Virus record (IMG/VR): IMGVR_UViG_3300031884_000004
Reading direction: 5' to 3' (one strand)
DNA: 61,305 nucleotides
Source: an uncultured virus (IMG/VR IMGVR_UViG_3300031884_000004)
Taxonomy: Duplodnaviria > Heunggongvirae > Uroviricota > Caudoviricetes
The notes under the pieces were generated by a model. It did no database searches. It was not told the DNA's origin and saw only the letters and a program-made list of their open reading frames with translations. The position numbers and the translations under genes are program-made. Within the stretch, counting starts at the first letter, position 1; each line of letters starts with the position of its first letter. Shown here in pieces: positions 33,773 to 42,121 of this stretch.

Positions 33773-35847
33773 GTACTGTACTAAAGAATATCACTCTCCG
33801 TAATTTTCTGTCTATTGGCGCAGTTTGTCAATCAGTAAACTTCGATAGCAAAGAACTTACACTGATCTTAGGTGAAAATCTAGATTTAGGTGGTGATGGC
33901 GCTCGTAATGGTACCGGAAAGACGACCCTTATTCAAGGTCTTAGTTACGTTCTGTTTGGTACTCCTATCAACAGTATTCGTAAAGACAATCTCATCAATC
34001 GAACCAATGCTAAGGGCATGATGGTCACTTTGGAATTCAGTTCTGGTGGAATTGAATACAAGATCGAAAGAGGTCGCAAACCAAACATTTTGCGTTTCTT
34101 TGTCAATAATGCGGCGGCCTCTACGGATGAAGACGCCGCCCAAGGCGAAAATAAAGAAACTCAGATTGCAATCGAGCGTGCCATCGGAATGTCCGCTGAC
34201 ATGTTCAAGCACATCGTTGCTCTTAACACCTACTCTGAGCCGTTTTTGGCATTAGGTTCTAACGAACAACGAAAGATCATTGAACAACTATTGGGCATAA
34301 CTCTGCTTTCCGAAAAAGCGGAGATAATCAAAGAAAAGCTCAAGGGCAACAAAGAACTCATTCAATTGGAAGAGTATAAGGTCAAAGCTATTGAGGAAGC
34401 TAACAAGCGTGTTCAGGAACAGCTTGACGGTCTTAAGCGCAGACAGCGCCTGTGGCAAGCCAAACATGACGACGATTTGGCTAGGTTAGCGCTTGATTAT
34501 GATGAACTCAGCAAAATTGATATCGAGGCTGAACTCCAAGCACACAAAGAGCTAACAACATACAATAGCAACAAGAAAAAGCAAGAGCAGTATGAAGCTG
34601 TATTGGCTCGGCAGATCGCCTGGAAGCAAAAGCGCGACAAAGATATTGCTGATTTACAAATTACCTATGACAAGTTGAGCCACATCGATATTGAAGCTGA
34701 GCTACAGGCTCATATTGATTTGGTAGAATACAATCGTAGAAAAATCGAACTAGACTCTGTAAATAAAACGATTGCCTCTTTAGAATCTACACTCAAAAAA
34801 GAACGTTTATCGGTTGAAAAACTGATAAGCGAGGTTAAGACTCTTGAGGAAAACAGATGTTATGCGTGTGGACAAGATTTCCATGATGACGGTCATGTTG
34901 AGGTCCTATCTAGCAAGCGTGCCTTATTGTCTACTGCACAATCTGATCTTGCCCAAACCCAAACTGAGTTAGAAAAAAATAAAAATTCTTTGTTTGTTTT
35001 GGGCGCGGTTCCTACTACTTATTACAAAACACAAACTGAGGCTATCAAGCATAGTTCAGAACTTGAGAACATTCAGAATCAAATTAACTCAAAGCAGGCA
35101 GAAACTGATCCATATGCTGAACAATTAGTGGAGCATTCTGGTGTGATTGTTGGTCCTGCGCCTATCACACACTATGATACTGAAGCCGAAGCGATTGAAC
35201 ATCGTAGCACAGTTGCCAACTTACTTCAGCAAATCGAAAACAAAGTAGCTGAAGCTGATCCATACAGTGAGCAAATTGATGATATGGAAAAGAAGGCTCT
35301 GCAAGTTATAAGTTTTGACAAAATAAATGAGCTTTCAAAATTAGGAGATCACTACAAGTTTCTAGTAGACCTTCTAACTAGTAAAGACTCGTTTGTTAGA
35401 AAGAAGATTATAGATCAAAATCTATCATATCTTAATGCTAGACTTACGAACTATCTAGACAAGATTGGCTTGCCGCATACAGTAGTGTTTAAGAATGATC
35501 TTTCGGTTGAAATTACTGAACTCGGACGTGAACTAGATTTTGATAATTTGTCACGTGGCGAGCGGAACCGATTGATATTAGGACTGTCGTTTGCGTTCAG
35601 AGACGTTTGGGAAAATCTATATCATCCCATCAATACCGTGTTCATTGACGAATTGATAGATTCTGGACTTGATACTATAGGTGTCGAGAACGCAATGGCA
35701 ATTCTTAAGGACCTGTCTAGAAGACGCGGCAAGTCAATCTGGTTAGTCTCTCACCGCGAAGAACTTGCGGGTCGAGTACCTAGCGTACTTAAGGTTGTGA
35801 AAGAGAATGGTTTTACAACCTATCGAAATGATGCTGAACAAGAATGA
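33769..35847 (+). CDS. gp46: recombination ATPase (Rad50/SbcC-like)
   Basis: Walker A NGTGKTT, zinc hook CYAC, signature LSRGE, Walker B VFIDELIDSGLD, SH switch. Confidence 0.93.
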   Translation: MSTVLKNITLRNFLSIGAVCQSVNFDSKELTLILGENLDLGGDGARNGTGKTTLIQGLSYVLFGTPINSIRKDNLINRTNAKGMMVTLEFSSGGIEYKIERGRKPNILRFFVNNAAASTDEDAAQGENKETQIAIERAIGMSADMFKHIVALNTYSEPFLALGSNEQRKIIEQLLGITLLSEKAEIIKEKLKGNKELIQLEEYKVKAIEEANKRVQEQLDGLKRRQRLWQAKHDDDLARLALDYDELSKIDIEAELQAHKELTTYNSNKKKQEQYEAVLARQIAWKQKRDKDIADLQITYDKLSHIDIEAELQAHIDLVEYNRRKIELDSVNKTIASLESTLKKERLSVEKLISEVKTLEENRCYACGQDFHDDGHVEVLSSKRALLSTAQSDLAQTQTELEKNKNSLFVLGAVPTTYYKTQTEAIKHSSELENIQNQINSKQAETDPYAEQLVEHSGVIVGPAPITHYDTEAEAIEHRSTVANLLQQIENKVAEADPYSEQIDDMEKKALQVISFDKINELSKLGDHYKFLVDLLTSKDSFVRKKIIDQNLSYLNARLTNYLDKIGLPHTVVFKNDLSVEITELGRELDFDNLSRGERNRLILGLSFAFRDVWENLYHPINTVFIDELIDSGLDTIGVENAMAILKDLSRRRGKSIWLVSHREELAGRVPSVLKVVKENGFTTYRNDAEQE

Positions 35848-35916
35848 TAAATAGATGTGAGTCGCGGGAGTACGAATCCCCACTCACTCTAATGCTAGAA
35901 GGAGCAATCAGCAATG
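35846..35916 (+). promoter_or_regulatory. late promoter plus conserved structured HEG leader, copy A
   Basis: GATAAATA-gat-GTGAGT-cgc-GGGA-gtacgaa-TCCC-c-ACTCAC-tctaatgcta-gaaggagcaatcagca-ATG. Confidence 0.8.
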
Positions 35917-36621
35917 AATATTTATCTATATAAAAAGACCCACAACATAACCGGTCTTAAATACCTAGGTAAAACAACAGCCAAAGACCCGCACAAATAT
36001 AAAGGCTCAGGTGACTATTGGAAAGATCATATTAAAACTCACGGATATGATGTTACGACTGAGATACTAGCAGAATGCAAAACAACTAAAGAATTAAAAG
36101 AGCGGGGATTGTATTATAGTAATTTATGGAACGTGGTTGAAGAAAAAGATGCCAACGGAAAGAAAACATGGGCTAATTTAAGACCAGAAACCAGTGACGG
36201 AGGAGGTAGATTACCGGGATTTAAGTTAACAGATTCTCACAAAGAAAACATAAGCATTGCCAAAACCGATGTTACTAACCCAAAGTTGAGTGAGCAGAGG
36301 AAAGGTTTCGGAAATCACATGTTTGGACAGAAGCGAGATGATATATCCGGAGATAACAATCCGATGAAAGACCCTGCAATAGCGGACCGTGTTAGAAGAT
36401 CCCATCTCGGTAAAAAACACACTGACGAGTCTAAACGAAAACGATCAGAAAAGCTTTCAGGCCACAACAATCCTATGTTCGGCAAAATCGGAGAACATAG
36501 TCCAAGGTATGGCAAAACATCTCCGCCCATGACGTGTGAACATTGCAGTAAAACCTGCGCTAGACACAACTTTGTGAAATATCACGGAGATAAGTGTAAA
36601 AATAAAAACAACCGTATATAG
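35914..36621 (+). CDS. GIY-YIG homing endonuclease with NUMOD3-like repeats and C-terminal zinc finger
   Basis: IYLYKKTHNITGLKYLGKT...YKGSG...WANL; HTDESKRKRSEKLSGHNNPMFGK; CEHC...HGDKC. Confidence 0.85.
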   Translation: MNIYLYKKTHNITGLKYLGKTTAKDPHKYKGSGDYWKDHIKTHGYDVTTEILAECKTTKELKERGLYYSNLWNVVEEKDANGKKTWANLRPETSDGGGRLPGFKLTDSHKENISIAKTDVTNPKLSEQRKGFGNHMFGQKRDDISGDNNPMKDPAIADRVRRSHLGKKHTDESKRKRSEKLSGHNNPMFGKIGEHSPRYGKTSPPMTCEHCSKTCARHNFVKYHGDKCKNKNNRI

Positions 36622-36635
36622 ACAATAAATATCAT

Positions 36636-37208
36636 ATGCCTTCTAAATCTAAAGCAAAAGGAAGTTCATTTGAGCGGGAGGTCGCGGCCTTCTTGTCAGC
36701 GTTGTATTCCGCTTCATTTGTGCGTGTTCCCAATTCAGGCGCGTATATCGGACGATCTAATTCTCATCGCAAAAACATACTTGATGCAAATCAAACTAAG
36801 TCTTTCAAAGGAGACATAATTGCGCCTGATGATTGGGTAAATTTTAACTCTGAATGCAAGAGCTATGCTACTTTCCCTTTTCATCTTTTGCTCTCAGGTG
36901 ATTGCAAAGTGGTCGAGTCTTGGTTAGATCAGTTAATGGAAGTATCTGACCCTGACAATCTAAACATATTGATGTTTAAGATTAATAGAAAAGGACGCTT
37001 TGTCGCCGTTCAAACAAAGTACACGTGGGTTACTGACAACTTCATTCTTTACACCTCAGCTAAACACGGCGATTGGGTGTTCATAGAATTCGATAACTTT
37101 TTTAAACTCAACAAAGACCTTCTTAAAGCATATTCAGGCTCATCTACAAATAATTCTTCTGGCTCACCCGACACCACGTCCGACAACATTATCTCCATTC
37201 AAATCTAA
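36636..37208 (+). CDS. Holliday junction resolvase-like PD-(D/E)xK nuclease
   Basis: SKSKAKGSSFEREVA...RVPNSGA...GDII...SECK. Confidence 0.75.
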   Translation: MPSKSKAKGSSFEREVAAFLSALYSASFVRVPNSGAYIGRSNSHRKNILDANQTKSFKGDIIAPDDWVNFNSECKSYATFPFHLLLSGDCKVVESWLDQLMEVSDPDNLNILMFKINRKGRFVAVQTKYTWVTDNFILYTSAKHGDWVFIEFDNFFKLNKDLLKAYSGSSTNNSSGSPDTTSDNIISIQI

Positions 37209-37235
37209 AAAATCACAGAACCCTATATTGGCGTT

Positions 37236-37760
37236 TGGTCGGGGTACCTCGACTCTCCTTGAGCGACATGCGAGATATCATGGCGCGGATCTGGAGTCTG
37301 CTGAGCATCATGGAATCCATGATGTTCGGGAATACCGACAGGGCTCTCGCTTGGTAGAATGCGAACCCTGAATGAGTCTACACGTCTATTCTGTCTTGAA
37401 GGTGTAGAACATGCGTTGCAGAAGAACTTCCCCTAAGGGGTGGTCAGCTTCACTACAGCCCTAGCAAACTTTACAGTGCAACCGGTAGCGTCAATCAGCA
37501 ACAAACGCTAGATTGACGGGGGATAGACAGCAACGGTGGAAGGTCCATGGCATGGCCCCTAATACCATTGGTAGTGCTGAATAGCACTACCATGGCTTCC
37601 AATCCGGCATGTATAACTCCTAGAGAGTATTCTTTAAGACAATTAAAAAGAATATATCGAACGTAGTGAGATATAAGTTGTCCGTAAGGACAACTCTAAA
37701 AGATACTCTAACCTAAGTAGATATGGAAATAGAGAGAATTAAATGAATAGTTCTCTCTAT
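37236..37760 (+). ncRNA. candidate large structured non-coding RNA (or structured DNA element), family unassigned
   Basis: No ORF of 60 aa or more; lies between convergent genes; about 10 helices, a GNRA-capped stem and a long-range pseudoknot (see findings). Confidence 0.55.
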
Positions 37761-37765
37761 GTCGG

Positions 37766-38002
37766 TTAGAAGAATGGTAGCTGGGATTTCTTTGTAGTTT
37801 CTAGGTTGCTATCAATTATATCGTTGATAGCCTTTCTTTCCTCTATAGACATGTTGAGGATGTCCTCATATGAAGCGCCACCGCGCATGTACCATGCCAT
37901 AGTAAGTGCAGATTTGCGTATACCCGCTACGTCTTTTTCATACTCATCTAGTAGCTTCTGAATCTCTTCGGGTTTAGAGCGTAGAAGCTTTAGCCGAAAA
38001 AA
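37766..38002 (-). CDS. gp51-like ORF, probably the -1 frameshift extension of the gp26-like gene
   Basis: FFRLKLLRSKPEEIQKLLDEYEKDVAGIRKSALTMAWYMRGGASYEDILNMSIEERKAINDIIDSNLETTKKSQLPFF*. The frame opens exactly at T TTT TTC (38002-37996). Confidence 0.7.
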   Translation of the reverse strand, partial: FFRLKLLRSKPEEIQKLLDEYEKDVAGIRKSALTMAWYMRGGASYEDILNMSIEERKAINDIIDSNLETTKKSQLPFF

Positions 38003-38811
38003 TCAGAAGGGTTCAATGAGAAATCTTGCTCGTATTCGTGTCCGCAGCTATCACATTTTATCTTTAATGGCTGTGGTGTGGAACTTTTCTTAAGTTCTGT
38101 AGCGTAGTCTCTAATAGAAGTAAAAGTATTTCGATCACAGTTCTTGAGAAAATCTAGAATAAACTCATTTTCTTGTACCTTGATTTCTGGTGTTTCTATA
38201 TATTCAATACCTAAACTTAATAATTTCATAGTCAACAACGTTACCCGTTCAAGTGCATCACCACCTATTTTATTTTTTTCCTCTTCTGACATATTTTCCA
38301 TAGAGGCAAACAGTTTTTGCATTTCAAACTGAGCTATAGAAGCTTCATTCATTTCTTTATAAACCAACGGTCTAAACTTAATTTTTAGATCACCTACTTC
38401 AAATTCCTTATTGTAATCCCCTGCCTTAAGGGTAGACAATATACCAACTAAGCTGATGCCGTACGGAGAAAGTTCGTTACATTTTGGACAGATCGAATCT
38501 ATGTCCAATTGATCACCGTTGGAAGCAGACTTAATTGCGATGAGGATAGCATCTAAATCACTGCTACTAATAGCCCATGGATCTTTGATGTCAGGTACAC
38601 AGCTTTTTATTAATTCAGCAATTGCAGTACCGTTAAACAACGAATCCGGAGTTCTGGCTGTAATTTCATCAATAGCAGTCATCGGATAGATTGGTAATTC
38701 GCCGGTTACTGGAATGTTTATCACGTCCTCTGAGTAGCTTGTGGTTCCTGAGGGGAGTTTTAGGTAAACAGCAGGTCTTCTGAAGTACTGTCTTAGCGGG
38801 TTATTGTTCAT
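37990..38811 (-). CDS. gp26: baseplate hub/tail assembly chaperone, T4 gp26-like
   Basis: NPLRQYFRRPAVYLKLPS...PMTAIDEI...DLDAILIAIKSAS...CPKC...CDSCGHE...NPSDFFG. Confidence 0.75.
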   Translation of the reverse strand: MNNNPLRQYFRRPAVYLKLPSGTTSYSEDVINIPVTGELPIYPMTAIDEITARTPDSLFNGTAIAELIKSCVPDIKDPWAISSSDLDAILIAIKSASNGDQLDIDSICPKCNELSPYGISLVGILSTLKAGDYNKEFEVGDLKIKFRPLVYKEMNEASIAQFEMQKLFASMENMSEEEKNKIGGDALERVTLLTMKLLSLGIEYIETPEIKVQENEFILDFLKNCDRNTFTSIRDYATELKKSSTPQPLKIKCDSCGHEYEQDFSLNPSDFFG

Positions 38812-38842
38812 AATTTCCTCATAATTTTCGGTTTTTAGTTAA

Positions 38843-38868
38843 CACTAAATACATACGTATATTTAGTG
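38843..38868. promoter_or_regulatory. palindromic pair of late promoters for the divergent gp26 and tape measure genes
   Basis: CACTAAATA-catacgta-TATTTAGTG inverted repeat, giving CTAAATA on both strands. Confidence 0.7.
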
Positions 38869-38906
38869 GTCAAAAAACCCAATTATTTAATTTAACGGAA
38901 TCGACT

Positions 38907-41900
38907 ATGGATCCAGAAATCGCAGCAGAGCTAAGCGCACAGCTTAAAGAGTTATCAGATATTATTAGCCGGGACGCCTCTCCTGCAATAAAAAATCTCA
39001 GCGAATCTTCTGATAACGCTTCAACTCGCGTAGGTAGCGTCAACAAAGCATTCAGATCGTTAGACGATGCTGCCGGTAGCTTCGCTAAAGCATTACTTAA
39101 CGGTACAGGTGAGTTAAACAAATATACATCAGCTTTAGATAGCATGGGAACCGCCGCAATACAAGTAGGAAAAGCTTTGGGGCCCGTTGGGGTTGCTGCA
39201 GGTTTAGTAGCTGCTGCATTTACTAAAGTAGTGAGTGCAGCGACCGCCCAAACTGATAATTTACTAAAATTTTCTGATGGTATCAGTAGGTTAGGTGCTG
39301 TTAACACTTTCACCACTAACGAACTTCAAAAGATGGCTAATAATGCTGGTTTAGCCTCAGGTGATTTTCAAAAAATGCTCAAACCTATGCAAAGCATGGG
39401 TAATTCCTTCAATGCATTAGGTAATGGAGCCGCCGATTCTACTAAGAAGTTTGCAGAACAGGTTCATGTAACCGAAAAGGTTAGAAATCAATTTCAAAGA
39501 TTGGGATATGGCGTAGACGAACTAATGCAGGCTCAGGCTGACTACAACACCTTAATGTCTGAAGGTGGTGTTTCGTTGCGAGATTTGAGTAAGACTACCG
39601 GTGGTCTGCAAGGTGCATCCCTTGCATACATCAAAAATTTAAATGAGATGTCCGCAGCTACCGGAGAATCTGTAGAACAAGAGAAGAAAACTCAAGCCGC
39701 GTCGATGGCTAATATACAATTCCAGCTATTTCTTGCTAAAAAACACAAAGAAATGGACGCAGCAAAGACTCAAGCTGAAAAGGACGCTATAAAAAAGCAA
39801 ATAGATAGTGCGCAAAACGCAGTTCAAGTTGCACAAAGAACAGGCGGCGCCGACTCCGCCGCCGCCATGGCTCAACAGATAACACAAGGTTTTGTTTCCG
39901 GGCCTTTCCAAAAAGCTCTAGCACTTCAAGGTACTGGTCAGGATTATGCAAAAACGGCGTCAGCCGTCAACGCAGGAACGTTTGGTACTAAAGAGGCCGG
40001 TGACTTCCAAAAAGATTTGGTTGATAAAACATTAGACTTTGCAACTAAAAATAGTACAGCATTGTCTGTTAATTCAGGATTAGCTTCTGCGGCTAATATT
40101 AATACAGGAACACTCACTACAGCAAACCAATTAGCTGGATATGAACCAGCTAGTGTAGCTGAAAATGGACCAGAAGATCCAGCACAAGATGCGAGAAATG
40201 CGTTAACTAATGCAGAAATCAAAGCTAAAGTTGGAATGGATGAGTTAATTAATAGTATGAATCCATTCCAACATGGTTTAACTCTGGCAACCTTAGCCGG
40301 TGTAGCACTTGCAGGAGCTCTTGGGCTAGTTACATTTAACTTAGGAAAAGCAGCATTAGGAAAAGCAGGTGGACTTGCGGGTCTATTAGGAGGCGGTGCT
40401 CCGAAAGGAGCAGCCGGCGCCGCTGAGGCAGTAGGTGGTATGAGTAAAGCCGCCGGCGGCGGAATGCTTATGGGTCTAGTAGAAGCACTAGCAGCAGCAG
40501 GTAAGGCCGGGCCGGCGGTTATGGAGGGCGGCGTGGCATTAGGGGTTGCTCTTGCTGCGATCATCACCGGTATCGGTGCTGGTTTGGCCATAGGCGGCGG
40601 CTTAATAAGCGTAATGCTTCCAAGCTTGGGAAAGAGTTTAAAAGCGTTTAATGACATTAACGGCGAAAATCTTAAAAAAGCCGGTTTAGGTATGGCGGCA
40701 TTAGGCGTTGGCATCGTTGCTATAGGCGCTGGACAAGTTGCTGGAGCAATGGGTAGAATGGCCAACTTCTTTACTGGAGGAGGTAAAGAAGATCCGCTAA
40801 AGATTGCTGCTAAGCAACTAATGTATTTCCAATCATTCCCTATCGACGGTGCCAAAGTAAAAACCAACGCCGATGCATTAATAGCATTTTCGGAAGCGAT
40901 GTCTAAGTATAAAGGCGGACCAAGCTTGGGAACAGCAATAAAAGATATAGCAGTTTCCGGATTAAGCAAGTTATTCGGTCAAGACAGCCCGACTGAAGCA
41001 TTCCTTAAGTTCACTAAGATGGATTTTGGTCCTAATGCAGACAAGAACACTGATGCATTCTTGAAGTTCGCTACTGCTATGGGTAGCTTCCGAGGCGGTG
41101 GAGCATCCGGCGGCGGCGGCGGAGCTATGGCAGCAGGCGCCGCTTTAGGGGCAGGAGCAGTGGGTGCAGTAGGAGGCGCGTTGGGCGCAGCTGGTCATGC
41201 AGCAGGAGGCGCGTTGGGCGCAGCTGGTCATGCAGCAGGAGGCGCGTTGGGCGCAGCTGGTCATGCAGCAGGCGGCGCGTTGGGCGCAGCTGGAAGTTTC
41301 TTAGGAAAAGCCGGTGGCGCCGCCGCAGGTGCAATTGGGTCATTTGGAAATTGGGTAATGGATCTAATTGCAGGACATGAAGGAGTGCGTACTAAACCAT
41401 ATAAAGACTCCTTAGGTAAATGGACAATTGGGGTGGGTCATTTGATCGGTGACGGTAGTACTTTACCACCTGAATGGAATCGTGAGTTCTCTAAGGATGA
41501 AGTCATGAAACTTTACCAGCAGGATTTCGGCAAGCATAAACAAGCTGCTAGCAATATTCCGGGATTCAACAAATTAAATGAAAAAGGCCAAGCTGCGCTA
41601 ACAGACTTGACATTTAATATGGGCCCGTCTTGGTACAAAAAGTGGCCACATTTAACTGCTGCACTTTCGGCTGGTGATGTTGAAGGCGCGGCCGCACAAT
41701 TATCTTCTAGTAAGTGGGCAGGACAAGTAGGGCGTCGGGCGCAAGAGGATATTTCACTACTTAGACAAGGAAAATTACAAGCTAGAAACGGTGGAATGTT
41801 TGATGGGCCATTGTCTGGATATCCGGCTACATTGCACGGCGGCGAACTGGTTGCACCTTTAGGACCAGATTCTTTGCTTATGAAATTAGCTAAAACACCT

Positions 41901-42089
41901 GCAACTGACGCGGCCGCAATAGAAACTATAGTTAAAGGTAAAACCGCACACCCTCATTCTTCTGGTAATTCAGGAGAAATTACAGCGGAAATGTTTGGAA
42001 TGATGGCAAATAAATTAGATAAAGTAATCTCCGTCCTTGAAAGTAGTCACGGTACACAGACTAAGTTATTACGTAATTCAATGGCATAG
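38907..42089 (+). CDS. tape measure-like protein with C-terminal T4-type (GH24) lysozyme domain
   Basis: Long Ala/Gly-rich helical protein with hydrophobic segments; HEGVRTKPYKDSLGKWTIGVGHLI (E-x8-D-x5-T), ALTDLTFNMG, SKWAGQVGRRA. Confidence 0.8.
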   Translation: MDPEIAAELSAQLKELSDIISRDASPAIKNLSESSDNASTRVGSVNKAFRSLDDAAGSFAKALLNGTGELNKYTSALDSMGTAAIQVGKALGPVGVAAGLVAAAFTKVVSAATAQTDNLLKFSDGISRLGAVNTFTTNELQKMANNAGLASGDFQKMLKPMQSMGNSFNALGNGAADSTKKFAEQVHVTEKVRNQFQRLGYGVDELMQAQADYNTLMSEGGVSLRDLSKTTGGLQGASLAYIKNLNEMSAATGESVEQEKKTQAASMANIQFQLFLAKKHKEMDAAKTQAEKDAIKKQIDSAQNAVQVAQRTGGADSAAAMAQQITQGFVSGPFQKALALQGTGQDYAKTASAVNAGTFGTKEAGDFQKDLVDKTLDFATKNSTALSVNSGLASAANINTGTLTTANQLAGYEPASVAENGPEDPAQDARNALTNAEIKAKVGMDELINSMNPFQHGLTLATLAGVALAGALGLVTFNLGKAALGKAGGLAGLLGGGAPKGAAGAAEAVGGMSKAAGGGMLMGLVEALAAAGKAGPAVMEGGVALGVALAAIITGIGAGLAIGGGLISVMLPSLGKSLKAFNDINGENLKKAGLGMAALGVGIVAIGAGQVAGAMGRMANFFTGGGKEDPLKIAAKQLMYFQSFPIDGAKVKTNADALIAFSEAMSKYKGGPSLGTAIKDIAVSGLSKLFGQDSPTEAFLKFTKMDFGPNADKNTDAFLKFATAMGSFRGGGASGGGGGAMAAGAALGAGAVGAVGGALGAAGHAAGGALGAAGHAAGGALGAAGHAAGGALGAAGSFLGKAGGAAAGAIGSFGNWVMDLIAGHEGVRTKPYKDSLGKWTIGVGHLIGDGSTLPPEWNREFSKDEVMKLYQQDFGKHKQAASNIPGFNKLNEKGQAALTDLTFNMGPSWYKKWPHLTAALSAGDVEGAAAQLSSSKWAGQVGRRAQEDISLLRQGKLQARNGGMFDGPLSGYPATLHGGELVAPLGPDSLLMKLAKTPATDAAAIETIVKGKTAHPHSSGNSGEITAEMFGMMANKLDKVISVLESSHGTQTKLLRNSMA
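41171..41293 (+). repeat. 33-bp coding tandem repeat, about 3.7 copies (GGALGAAGHAA)
   Basis: aggaggcgcgttgggcgcagctggtcatgcagc x3 exact, plus a partial fourth copy. Confidence 0.95.
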
Positions 42090-42121
42090 CACTAAATATT
42101 AGATTAAGAGAACTGGTTCAT

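Noticed and set aside
35857..35900. HEG leader as an HDV-like (theta) ribozyme
   Set aside because: I could not find a P2 partner or P1.1 pairing consistent across the three copies.
37236..37760. tmRNA, RNase P RNA, tRNA or group I intron
   Set aside because: No T-arm/CCA end, no GAGGAAAGUCC, no clear P7 elements, and it does not interrupt a gene.
39944..40969. 341-aa minus-strand ORF
   Set aside because: Antisense shadow of the tape measure gene. The same applies to the short ORFs opposite the giant, portal and fibre genes.
41171..41293. 33-bp repeats as a CRISPR array
   Set aside because: The units are contiguous with no spacers, lie in frame within a CDS, and no cas genes are present.
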